Virus record (IMG/VR): IMGVR_UViG_3300017913_000707
Span: 1-41,250 of that record
DNA length: 41,250 bases
Reading direction: 5' to 3' (one strand)
Origin: a virus
Lineage: Duplodnaviria; Caudoviricetes
Translations under genes and position numbers: made by a program
In this document: positions 32,489 through 40,463 of the stretch, in pieces
How the letters are laid out: each line of letters opens with the position of its first letter
How positions within the stretch are numbered: position 1 is the first letter of the stretch
The notes under the pieces: model-generated
The model's input: only the letters and a program-made list of their open reading frames with translations
Told to the model about the DNA's origin: nothing
The model's database searches: none

Positions 32489-34923
32489 TATTGAAACATA
32501 TTAATGAATGGTGGGGTCTGTTCTTGAATCTCCCCTCGATCGCCCTTGCGCTGTGAAATAAGCTGAGACTGCTTTACAGCCTGCTTATCAACTCTCTCAT
32601 CCTTTCGGTCCTCCTTGAGGACTTCAAGCTTTTCCTTAAACTCTTGCTCTTCAGTTCTGAAGCCAAGAGTAGCCTGTGCTTTAATCAGTTCTATTTGCTT
32701 ACGCATCTCGTGCTCCATCTGCATACGCTGCATTTCCAACTGACTCTTCATTTGCTCCATCTGCATGTCGATCTGAGCCTTCATTTGCATTTCTTGCTGC
32801 TTGGCTTGAGATGCTGCTTGAGCTGACTGCTGAGCCACCTGAGCTTGCATAGCTGAGTTCTGTTGAGCCTGCTCTGCCATACGCTTCATGCGTTTGTTAC
32901 GGCGTACAATAAGAAGTCTTTCTGCTTGATTGACGTCACGCATATTTCGAACAGCGATAGCGTCTTCCAAATCAATCTCCTTCTGACCCAATGCCATTTG
33001 GATATTCTGCTCAAGGTACATGCGGTCTTTATCCTCCATGTCCTTAACCACTTGAACACCAAAGTTATACATGGGCAGATCACCAAAGCTACTGAGAACC
33101 TTCATGTTACTTTCACCAATAGCATTGGTGTAGGCTTTGTAGATGGGTGTATCCTGAGGCAGGATCTGAAGACACTTAACGATGTCCTCGCATACCTTCT
33201 TGTAGATCACCATTGCAGCATTGGTGATATCGTAGATGGCGTTGTTGCCAGCTGCAATAGCGTTCTGCTGAACACCAACCAATGTGTCTCCTTTCGGAGT
33301 AGACGCATCCATCATCTCGTTAATTCCCGTAACGTCACGGATCATACGCAAGTAGTGGTTATACAAACTCACCAACTCATTGATGTTGCGAATATGGTTG
33401 TCAATAGTTCTGACTGGTGGGTTTTGGAATCCACCTTCTGGGTTTTTACTTCTGTAGTAAAAGACACCCGTCTGCTCGTAGATATCGTGAAGCTCCAAAG
33501 GCTGAAGCTCACCACCCTTACCCAGCTGAACGTTCTCCAATCCCTCGATGTCGATAATCAGTCCATCAGGCTTCGCCTTGGCCAGTGCCTGCTGAAGCTT
33601 GAGGTGTGTGATCTGAAGCATGTCAGCAAAGCCAACACAACCATCGATCAAAGACTTAGGGATCATACGTCTGATGTTCGTGGAGATGCACGAATAAGAC
33701 ATACGGGCCTTGGAGATGTCGTGAATGTTCTTCGGGACGTTGCTCTTCATGCCGTAGTCAAACAACATGTCGCATCCCAAGATGTATGTGCCGCCGTAGA
33801 TTGTCTGAACCTCAAGCTTGTGTGGCTTGCGAGCAAATACCGAGTTCTTCTTTTCCTTGTATGAGTAACCCTCATAGAAGAAACCCTTGTTGCCGTACTT
33901 ATTTTCTTTCTCCTCGAAGTAAATGCAGTCTGTAGAAACAAACTCAAACTCAAGGATGTCAACCATGAACTCATCGTACCCATACATCGTCTTATTCAAA
34001 GAGCGATCATACTGGGTGTCGTTGAGCTTTGACTTGTCATATCCACGGCTATTCGCTGCGGTAGTGGCGATCTTCTTGTAATCCTCTTCTGTAAGAGAGT
34101 CGCCAGCAAGACGCTTAAGCTCGCTAATACTTACTCTCTTGATATGACCAGCATACTGCAAGTCATTCATACCGGGATCTTCCGTGTAGCTATGAATGAA
34201 GTTGATAGGGTCTACGTACTCCTCGCGAATACCGTAGCTTGGATCATTGCTTCTCTTTACAACACCCATACCCAAAGAGACGAGATCATTAACGACTCTT
34301 CTGAAGATGCCGTCATTAAAGTTGCTCCAAGAGAGTGTAAGGTTTGTTCCGATCTGAGCAGCAATCTCTGCGTCAGTCTTAACGTTGGTCTCCAAAAAGA
34401 TTTCAGCCTCTTCAAGAGTTTCAGGGAGCGACTCTGGGTCATCACCCAAAACCAAACCACCAGTCATTTCTTTAAGCTGCAAAAGCTCCTCACGGAGCAT
34501 AACCTGATTTTTTAGACGATTCTTTTCTTTCTGCTTCTCTGATGAAGAGATAGGATCAATCGCCTCAAGGTTAGGATACGGATCTCTTGACAGAATCTTG
34601 TTTGCAACAATCTTAGCGAACTTAGGGAGGATGGGTACGGGAGTATAATCAAGGTTTACCAAACTGCCGTCAGCATTGTTTGGGTCGAGATTGGTAAGGA
34701 TCTGCTTGTATATAGTAGTATCCTGAGTGCCGTTGGCATACTCTCTGTTCCTCTCAAATGTTTTGTTTCGCTGCCTAAGTAGAGAATTCTGATTTGTCAG
34801 GCTACCCCACTGGCTCTCAATTGCCTTGGCGTAACTAGCGCCATAAGCTTCTGAAGACTTTTCTTGTTGAGAAGCAAGCGGGTCCGGAAAGTTGCTTGAC
34901 TTCTTGTTACCATATGATTGCAT
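32488..34923 (-). CDS. Portal protein (crAss-like), 811 aa
   Basis: FPDPLAS, LDYTPVPILPKF, FADMLQITHLKLQQ, IYEQTG, MIRDVTGINE and a Q/M-rich C-terminal coiled coil; directly follows TerL. Confidence 0.85.
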   Translation of the reverse strand: MQSYGNKKSSNFPDPLASQQEKSSEAYGASYAKAIESQWGSLTNQNSLLRQRNKTFERNREYANGTQDTTIYKQILTNLDPNNADGSLVNLDYTPVPILPKFAKIVANKILSRDPYPNLEAIDPISSSEKQKEKNRLKNQVMLREELLQLKEMTGGLVLGDDPESLPETLEEAEIFLETNVKTDAEIAAQIGTNLTLSWSNFNDGIFRRVVNDLVSLGMGVVKRSNDPSYGIREEYVDPINFIHSYTEDPGMNDLQYAGHIKRVSISELKRLAGDSLTEEDYKKIATTAANSRGYDKSKLNDTQYDRSLNKTMYGYDEFMVDILEFEFVSTDCIYFEEKENKYGNKGFFYEGYSYKEKKNSVFARKPHKLEVQTIYGGTYILGCDMLFDYGMKSNVPKNIHDISKARMSYSCISTNIRRMIPKSLIDGCVGFADMLQITHLKLQQALAKAKPDGLIIDIEGLENVQLGKGGELQPLELHDIYEQTGVFYYRSKNPEGGFQNPPVRTIDNHIRNINELVSLYNHYLRMIRDVTGINEMMDASTPKGDTLVGVQQNAIAAGNNAIYDITNAAMVIYKKVCEDIVKCLQILPQDTPIYKAYTNAIGESNMKVLSSFGDLPMYNFGVQVVKDMEDKDRMYLEQNIQMALGQKEIDLEDAIAVRNMRDVNQAERLLIVRRNKRMKRMAEQAQQNSAMQAQVAQQSAQAASQAKQQEMQMKAQIDMQMEQMKSQLEMQRMQMEHEMRKQIELIKAQATLGFRTEEQEFKEKLEVLKEDRKDERVDKQAVKQSQLISQRKGDRGEIQEQTPPFINMFQ

Positions 34924-34941
34924 TACTGTAGGCGCATTTTG

Positions 34942-34951
34942 TGCAAATATA
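34942..34951 (-). promoter_or_regulatory. Bacteroidota -7 promoter box upstream of the portal gene
   Basis: TATATTTGCA about 20 nt before ATG 34923. Confidence 0.75.
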
Positions 34952-34956
34952 AGAAA

Positions 34957-37080
34957 TTAGCCGATGGGCTTATACCGCCTAAAAAACTTAGCCTCAGTGA
35001 GGTTAGACTCCCTCTTTTTCTGTTTTACTTTTTGAGCGGCCAACAAACATAAACCAGAACTGATAGACAAGTCATATTTGGTTCTGTTGTCAATCTTAAA
35101 ACCAATCCAGTCCTCTAGAGTCCTGTTGAAATACATCTTACCATACTCCCCAGTCTCTCTGTCTATACCGATGTGATCATGAATATACGCCTCGATCGCA
35201 TGAGCGTGAGCCTGAATCACATCCTGAGAGTTGGAAGGAATGCCCTTAGTCTTTGTTTTGACAACAGTACTTGTAGACATCAAATGCTTTGGTCTATCCA
35301 TTAGATACCCATCGTAACCTCTTGATTCAAAGTATCTTGCAATGCCGTACTTGTTGTTCTCAATCAAGATGGGGTACCCATAAAACACAGCCGCCATCAA
35401 TACATCTTCATAAAAGATCTTAGCCAAAGGCGGACGGGACGCATACTCCACTACAAACATGTTCGATGGATGCTCCATGTGAAACTTGTTGTAGAGGTGT
35501 AGCGCTCCTTTCGACCCCCGTCCATCGACGGTGGCGTCAAGGTCGTAGGAGTCAACCCCGCCTACCCCCAGCTCTGCATTCGGTGCTATGCGCTTATCTC
35601 GATTAAACTTCTTTAAGTTCTGCAACTCTTTTGGAGGCATCCATGAAACATGGAATCTACCCTGAGTGTCTGGCTTAAATATGACTTCAGTGTCTTGGAC
35701 ACCATCCCGCCAAACAAAATTTCCTCTGACTACAGGATTGGGAAACAGTTCATCATTAAACTGAATCTGCTCATAGATCTTTCCAATGTTGAACAAGCTA
35801 CCCTCAATACTATCTCGAAACGCTTCGTCCTCAGTAAATGGGAACTGCCTAATAATCTCATTCAGCTCTGATGGATCATCTTTCAAGCTTTCCCTTTCGT
35901 TTTTAAGAAACGTCTTAGCTCCTTGAAAAACACTATCACCATCAAGACCATCGAGAACCTTATCAGGATCTTCAATGATTGGATTTCCGTATAGGTCAAA
36001 GAAACCTTCCAGAGATTCATAAGCAGGAATAAAGAGTCTATATAAACCTGTTCTAGTCCTGCCATTTGCATTGCGTTCTGAGGGGTTGGAATCTTTCCAA
36101 AGAGATCTATACTCCTTGCCACCCTTATCCATTGGGTTTACAGTAGAGCCCACCAAAGCCTTTCCCACAATCTTCCTACCCACAATAAGACACGTGCGCT
36201 GAATCCTCCAAGCATCACGAATATCCGTAGGCTTCTCCCACTTGCCCGCCTCATCCAAATACATGAGATGAAGCTTTTCACCATCGTATGCGTTGTTCGT
36301 TGTGTTCTTCCAGTTGATTACCGTATTAAGAGCCTCGCCCTTCTGCGTAGTCTTATTGTTCTTCGTGATTCTCTTACTCGGCTCGCGAAAAGCCAGCTCC
36401 ATGCGCGGATTGGTCGTTCCATCTTGAATGGGTTTAAAGAAGAATGGGTAGTGCCTAAACATCTGCACCACCTTCTTCATGAATATATTTTCTTGCGCGT
36501 CCTTACCAGTCTTTGACTGGATGCCAAGGAGTTTATCCTTGACCTGCGTCGCTTCATCTAGAAGCACAGACGAGCAGATATTCGTGTACCCGCTACGTCT
36601 GCACTTCGTGTAGAGCTGCCCGATACATCGGGGGTCCGCCTCACACGCTGCTAAATGTACGAAAATATTTCTTTGGAACTGGAGGAAGTTGGGATATCCG
36701 ATATCCAGCTTCGTCCACTGAAGCATCATGTAGTGGCGCCCCGTAATATATGTAGGGACACCGTTATTATAAAACCAAAGGCCCTCACGCCGACGGCGAA
36801 ACTCTTCTTCGACATACGTAGAAAACCTTTGTCGAAACTCCCTTGGCATCTCGCTCCACTCATCCATAGAGCGAATCCGAGACAACTCCTCGGGCATAGC
36901 CTTTCTCTCCCACATTTGCATGTGGACTGGTTTGCCATATCCCTCAATCTCCTTTTCGGGAGGCTGAGCGGGAAGAATAATGACCAACCCACCGAGTTCG
37001 ACAATCTCACCTTGTGTACCCTTGGGGCAAATTGAGATAGCAAGGTCGTCATACTCTTCTATGTTTACAAGGGAGTTCAT
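34957..37080 (-). CDS. terL: Terminase large subunit
   Basis: Walker A-like KCRRSGYT, Walker B LMYLDEAGKW, GSTVN coupling motif, RNase H-like GGVDSYD and LIENNK. Confidence 0.9.
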   Translation of the reverse strand: MNSLVNIEEYDDLAISICPKGTQGEIVELGGLVIILPAQPPEKEIEGYGKPVHMQMWERKAMPEELSRIRSMDEWSEMPREFRQRFSTYVEEEFRRRREGLWFYNNGVPTYITGRHYMMLQWTKLDIGYPNFLQFQRNIFVHLAACEADPRCIGQLYTKCRRSGYTNICSSVLLDEATQVKDKLLGIQSKTGKDAQENIFMKKVVQMFRHYPFFFKPIQDGTTNPRMELAFREPSKRITKNNKTTQKGEALNTVINWKNTTNNAYDGEKLHLMYLDEAGKWEKPTDIRDAWRIQRTCLIVGRKIVGKALVGSTVNPMDKGGKEYRSLWKDSNPSERNANGRTRTGLYRLFIPAYESLEGFFDLYGNPIIEDPDKVLDGLDGDSVFQGAKTFLKNERESLKDDPSELNEIIRQFPFTEDEAFRDSIEGSLFNIGKIYEQIQFNDELFPNPVVRGNFVWRDGVQDTEVIFKPDTQGRFHVSWMPPKELQNLKKFNRDKRIAPNAELGVGGVDSYDLDATVDGRGSKGALHLYNKFHMEHPSNMFVVEYASRPPLAKIFYEDVLMAAVFYGYPILIENNKYGIARYFESRGYDGYLMDRPKHLMSTSTVVKTKTKGIPSNSQDVIQAHAHAIEAYIHDHIGIDRETGEYGKMYFNRTLEDWIGFKIDNRTKYDLSISSGLCLLAAQKVKQKKRESNLTEAKFFRRYKPIG

Positions 37081-37262
37081 TAAAGAACCTGTCCGTAGCG
37101 ATTACTTCGAAAGCTTGGGGCTCCAACCTTAGGGTCTTTCAGATTCATGTACTCGCCACACTTACACTTAATGTCGTGGTAAGCACCATCGTTGCCAAAC
37201 TTAATTGTTACACCGCTCTTTGATTCTTCGTGCTCACAGCACCTGCAGATATAGTTGGCCAT
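37080..37262 (-). CDS. Small zinc-ribbon protein (FmdB-like)
   Basis: MANYICRCCEHE...IKCKCGEYM; TAATG-coupled to terL. Confidence 0.6.
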   Translation of the reverse strand: MANYICRCCEHEESKSGVTIKFGNDGAYHDIKCKCGEYMNLKDPKVGAPSFRSNRYGQVL

Positions 37263-37264
37263 GA

Positions 37265-37396
37265 TTATCGTCCTTGTGAAGCGTAGCGCTTCTTGTAGTT
37301 CTTTGAATTCTTGTTCTTAGACTGCTTAGTCTTGGCGTGTACACCCTTGCGGCGCACTCTCTTCGCCTTGTAGTTTGATACTTGAACCTTTGCCAT
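37265..37396 (-). CDS. Unannotated 43-aa very basic peptide MAKVQVSNYKAKRVRRKGVHAKTKQSKNKNSKNYKKRYASQGR
   Basis: Translated by hand; AT-rich TAATTTAATTTACC before the ATG. The C-terminus resembles the K-x-Y-x-x-Q-G-R ending of small basic phage peptides. Confidence 0.8.
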   Translation of the reverse strand: MAKVQVSNYKAKRVRRKGVHAKTKQSKNKNSKNYKKRYASQGR

Positions 37397-37411
37397 GGTA
37401 AATTAAATTAG

Positions 37412-37485
37412 TACGCGAGGAGGGACTCGAACCCCCAATAACAAACTTAGAAGGTTTGGGCATTATCCAGTTATGCTACTCGCGC
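37412..37485 (-). tRNA. tRNA-Arg(TCT)
   Basis: GCGCGAG/CTCGCGT acceptor, GCAT/ATGC D-stem, CAAAC-CT TCT AA-GTTTG anticodon arm, GGGGG-TTCGAGT-CCCTC T-arm, discriminator A; CCA not encoded. Confidence 0.93.
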
Positions 37486-37491
37486 ATGTTA

Positions 37492-37499
37492 CGAAATTA
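37492..37499 (-). promoter_or_regulatory. Variant -7 box (TAATTTCG) upstream of tRNA-Arg
   Basis: TAnnTTCG 6 nt before the tRNA 5' end. Confidence 0.5.
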
Positions 37500-37515
37500 G
37501 TGATTTAAATCGTTG

Positions 37516-37592
37516 TCCGCAAGGTGGGACTTGAACCCACGTGTGACCAGTTACCCTTTCTACAAGGTATAAGCTTGAGGGGATACTTGCGG
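37516..37592 (-). ncRNA. Atypical tRNA-like RNA, anticodon TAT (Ile-like), with no D-arm in the normal position
   Basis: CCGCAAG/CTTGCGG acceptor; canonical GTGGG-TTCAAGT-CCCAC T-arm; CAAG-CT TAT AC-CTTG anticodon-like hairpin; D-loop-like TAACTGG located 3' of it. Confidence 0.75.
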
Positions 37593-37618
37593 AAAAGTGG
37601 ACACATATATACTCTTCC

Positions 37619-37975
37619 TTATTTGTTTCTTCTCTCGTGTGTTTTGATTCTGTGGCAGTTGGCGCACCTGACCTCGCACTTTCTGATCTCTTCCTTGATT
37701 ACGCTCACCGATAAGGGTGCATGAACCATGTTCGCTATGTTGCCGAGCTTGTCTCCTCTTACATGATCAAACTCTAGGATTACGGGATTAGACTCACCAC
37801 AGTCTATACAACCAAACATTTTTTTGATCCTGTCAACAAAAGATCTGTTCCACTTCCTTTGCTTTGACTTTGACGCCTTTGCCTTTGACTTGTAGTAGTC
37901 TTTGTTTTTTTCGTAGTGCTTTTTTTGATACTCCTTGTTGTACGCACGACGTGCTTCTGGATCTTTAAGTGGCAT
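37619..37975 (-). CDS. HNH endonuclease
   Basis: CIDCG..LEFDHV..EIRKCEVRCANCHRIKT with a basic N-terminal helix. Confidence 0.85.
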   Translation of the reverse strand: MPLKDPEARRAYNKEYQKKHYEKNKDYYKSKAKASKSKQRKWNRSFVDRIKKMFGCIDCGESNPVILEFDHVRGDKLGNIANMVHAPLSVSVIKEEIRKCEVRCANCHRIKTHERRNK

Positions 37976-38130
37976 CAGTCTTCAAACTCTTCGTTCCAGC
38001 TTTCTTCCCAGAACTTATAGTCCCTCTTGATTCTTTCTTCGTGCATCTTAAGGACGATGGCGTGCCAATCATTTAGAGAACTTTTCAGCGAAACCTCCGC
38101 TGTAGTCTTTGGCTTCTTCGATTCCTCCAT
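37975..38130 (-). CDS. Possible unannotated 51-aa protein overlapping the putative TerS 3' end (or 23 aa from ATG 38046)
   Basis: MEESKKPKTTAEVSLKSSLNDWHAIVLKMHEERIKRDYKFWEESWNEEFED; its stop overlaps the HNH ATG (TGATG). Confidence 0.4.
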   Translation of the reverse strand: MEESKKPKTTAEVSLKSSLNDWHAIVLKMHEERIKRDYKFWEESWNEEFED

Positions 38131-38356
38131 TGGTTTGTAGGTCTTTGATCATTTGCTCCAATCGCTGTCTTTCAACAATCAGTTCTTTGCAATCTGTTGC
38201 GGTTTGCTTGATAGCCTGAAGCTCAGCTTTTCTGGCGCTACCATTGATCTCAGGATCAACGGGCTTTTTGATCTCGTCAATCATGTTGTTTATAGCAACT
38301 TCCATTGACGACATCAATCGCTTTGCGGCCTCAATGGTTGTAAACTTCTTCGCCAA
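38069..38356 (-). CDS. Putative terminase small subunit (TTG start)
   Basis: All-helical 95 aa ending GGFAEKFSK, located between GroES and TerL. Confidence 0.5.
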   Translation of the reverse strand: MAKKFTTIEAAKRLMSSMEVAINNMIDEIKKPVDPEINGSARKAELQAIKQTATDCKELIVERQRLEQMIKDLQTNGGIEEAKDYSGGFAEKFSK

Positions 38357-38594
38357 GACTAATGTATAAAGGGGTTTTTTCTCCTACGTATGCTCCTACG
38401 ATATTGAAGTCTAGGTGCTCAACAGCGTCGTTGTAGTCCATACCTTCCGCTACAAGTATTTCGAGCATACGGTCTATGTCATACACCGCAACCACATTGG
38501 CGCCATAACTGCACCCAATAAGAGCTTCGTCAAATCCGTCAGCAGTAAGACATCCTTCTTCTGCTAGGATCTCCATCATTTCTTGCTTATCCAT
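38331..38594 (-). CDS. Conserved phage hypothetical protein
   Basis: ADGFDEALIG..VAVYD..A.E..DFNIVGAYVGEKTP motif, widespread in aquatic phages. Confidence 0.65.
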   Translation of the reverse strand: MDKQEMMEILAEEGCLTADGFDEALIGCSYGANVVAVYDIDRMLEILVAEGMDYNDAVEHLDFNIVGAYVGEKTPLYISLGEEVYNH

Positions 38595-38898
38595 TGTCGT
38601 CAATTAAATTATATTCTTCAATGTTGATCTTATACTCATCACCGAGTCCATGCAAATCTATGAGATCATGGCAGGACTTTGTGGCTTCGATGTAGTATTC
38701 TTTTCGAGACTGCCCATCTTTCTTAGAAAGCATCTTTTCGACGCGGCATATGTCCGGCCTGTCTTCGTATATAGAACAGATGTTTCCTACTAAATGCCCG
38801 CAGCTACCATCCTTTTTTACTGGTAGTCCATGTTCCTGAGCATTTAGCATGCCAGCAGACTTACAGCAAGCTGCACACTGAGAGCAAAGAAAGTTCAT
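38587..38898 (-). CDS. YkgJ-family (CxxCxxCC) Zn/Fe cysteine-cluster protein
   Basis: CSQCAACC..CGHL...CSIYEDRPDICR. Confidence 0.8.
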   Translation of the reverse strand: MNFLCSQCAACCKSAGMLNAQEHGLPVKKDGSCGHLVGNICSIYEDRPDICRVEKMLSKKDGQSRKEYYIEATKSCHDLIDLHGLGDEYKINIEEYNLIDDNG

Positions 38899-39485
38899 TC
38901 CTCTACGTACAGAAGATCGTCTTTCCTCGTTCTGTAGTGTTCCTTCCCGTCAATCAAAAGGCGATAGTCTGCATTCTTTACAAAGCCTACGACATCACCC
39001 TTCTTAACCCCCATCTCTTCTAGCCAAGGTGCATCAAAAGAAACACGACCCTTTCGTGGGAGCTTGTCATTGAGCTCGATAACCTCAATCACATCAGACA
39101 CAAACTCTTCCTCTTCATCAACTGATTCCAAAAGAGCCCAACCTCCCAAAGGATACACATCCCCTGTGTCCTGACACTTATAAGCTATGGCTTGGCACCC
39201 GTGAGTGTAGTCAGGATCGTAGTTTACGATGTAGTTATTCTCTTTACCAGTAAGGGGCTGGCCGTCATTGATGACTACGTGGTGATGGAAATACAGGGTA
39301 TCACCCTCCTTTACCCCAGTATCATACTTGATGGGTGAGCATACAACAGGTCCTTCATTGACGCGGTTGTTAAATTCACCCATCTCAAAGCGGGTGTCGA
39401 TATAAAGCTCAAGACCGCTATCAGTCTTAATAGTGTCGTTGACTGTTTTTTCAAGCTCAACAACAAACAAGTCAAGTGTTTTCAT
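38895..39485 (-). CDS. GroES-like co-chaperonin with two tandem domains
   Basis: GPVV..GVKEGDTLYFHH and PLGGWALLE..KGRV..GVKKGDVVGF..LIDGKEHY. Confidence 0.7.
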   Translation of the reverse strand: MKTLDLFVVELEKTVNDTIKTDSGLELYIDTRFEMGEFNNRVNEGPVVCSPIKYDTGVKEGDTLYFHHHVVINDGQPLTGKENNYIVNYDPDYTHGCQAIAYKCQDTGDVYPLGGWALLESVDEEEEFVSDVIEVIELNDKLPRKGRVSFDAPWLEEMGVKKGDVVGFVKNADYRLLIDGKEHYRTRKDDLLYVEE

Positions 39486-39722
39486 TTAGAAGTTGCAATC
39501 AAATTCAATTAAACAGGGCATGCTATCTACAGCTTTCCATAGAACTTGCCCTTCTTCGTTTTCCAAATATACGAGATATCTGGTCTTTCCGTGAAGGTGC
39601 AGGTGCCTGTCGTCAAGAACGATTGCGCAAACTTCACCATTACCAGCCCTCATCCCCACGTAATACGCCATGGCGTTCTTCGGGTCTTTGCCGATAATGA
39701 TTTTCCTAATAAGTCCTTCCAT
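39486..39722 (-). CDS. Conserved hypothetical protein upstream of GroES
   Basis: IRKIIIGKDPKNAMAYYVG..WK..MPCLIEFD. Confidence 0.7.
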   Translation of the reverse strand: MEGLIRKIIIGKDPKNAMAYYVGMRAGNGEVCAIVLDDRHLHLHGKTRYLVYLENEEGQVLWKAVDSMPCLIEFDCNF

Positions 39723-39723
39723 T

Positions 39724-40038
39724 TTAATTTAGTGAGATGCCGAGGCCGCTGAGCAGATCATCAAGATCTGGACCCTCGTCCTCAGGCGGAGTATATGAGT
39801 CTGTCATGAAGTCTTTTACAATGTCAAGCTCACCATCACTCTGAATATTGTAATGAAAGAAAGCCTTCATATTGCTAGTGTCTTCATCTAAAGGTTCCAG
39901 CAAACCTACGACGAAAGCAGAAATAACCCTATCTTCCAGTCCATATTTGTGGATTAGTTCCCCAAGAGCACCAGCAAGTTCTTGCATCTCGAACCAAAAT
40001 CCCTCCTCTTCCATATCGCTGTACTGATCCTCACTCAT
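39724..40038 (-). CDS. Acidic hypothetical protein, 104 aa
   Basis: Start reassigned to MSEDQYSD (ATG 40038); D/E-rich. Confidence 0.6.
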   Translation of the reverse strand: MSEDQYSDMEEEGFWFEMQELAGALGELIHKYGLEDRVISAFVVGLLEPLDEDTSNMKAFFHYNIQSDGELDIVKDFMTDSYTPPEDEGPDLDDLLSGLGISLN

Positions 40039-40039
40039 A

Positions 40040-40462
40040 ATGCCAAAAAGTTTAGTTTCAAAAAAGAAGCTCTTTCGAGACTTCTCTCGACTCAATCAAA
40101 GGTACATAAAAAAAAATCACCTTAAGTACCTAAGAACCAGCACCATGGAGTTCTGCAAGAGGTATGACATCTTTGAAAGAGAACTGCACTTTATGCTCTG
40201 GGCATACGACTTAGAGTTTTGGACACTTAAGTATGCAGCAGAAGATTATAAGTATTCTCAAAAGAAACTTGGGGATAGACTTGTGTATGAGATGGTTAAA
40301 CAAGGCTACATCTACAAACACTTTGATAAGATGACTCCGTCTCAAACAAGAGAGGATCACATCTTCAGGGAGGAGACCAAGTACAACTACAGAGTTAGAT
40401 ACGCCCTGACGCAAAAAGCCCGCTTGTTAGTGCAAGCTTTCTATAGAGAACTAGAGAGTTGA
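40040..40462 (+). CDS. Winged-helix (MarR-like) DNA-binding protein on the opposite strand
   Basis: ELHFMLWAY..LVYEMVKQGYIYK..YALTQKARLLVQAFYREL. Confidence 0.6.
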   Translation: MPKSLVSKKKLFRDFSRLNQRYIKKNHLKYLRTSTMEFCKRYDIFERELHFMLWAYDLEFWTLKYAAEDYKYSQKKLGDRLVYEMVKQGYIYKHFDKMTPSQTREDHIFREETKYNYRVRYALTQKARLLVQAFYRELES

Positions 40463-40463
40463 C

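Noticed and set aside
32863-33864. 333-aa plus-strand ORF antisense to the portal
   Set aside because: Same antisense shadow effect; V/L/D/H-rich composition typical of reverse-frame translation.
2967-37080. Stop-codon reassignment, introns or inteins in TerL, portal or MCP
   Set aside because: Genes are full length and continuous under code 11, with no intein-like C..HN junctions noticed.
37412-37485. tRNA as a prophage attachment site
   Set aside because: No integrase and no duplicated tRNA 3' end in the window; phage genes continue on both sides.
37524-37724. 66-aa plus-strand ORF (MGLEPTCDQLPF..)
   Set aside because: It is the reverse complement of the tRNA-like RNA and the HNH end; GLEP is the classic antisense T-arm translation.
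39564-39571. TATATTTG inside the gene upstream of GroES
   Set aside because: Lacks the CA extension shared by the six intergenic boxes and is explained by V-Y-L codons; cannot be supported as a promoter.
40108-40116. A9 run in the wHTH gene as a productive frameshift
   Set aside because: Both alternative frames stop within a few codons, so no alternative product.
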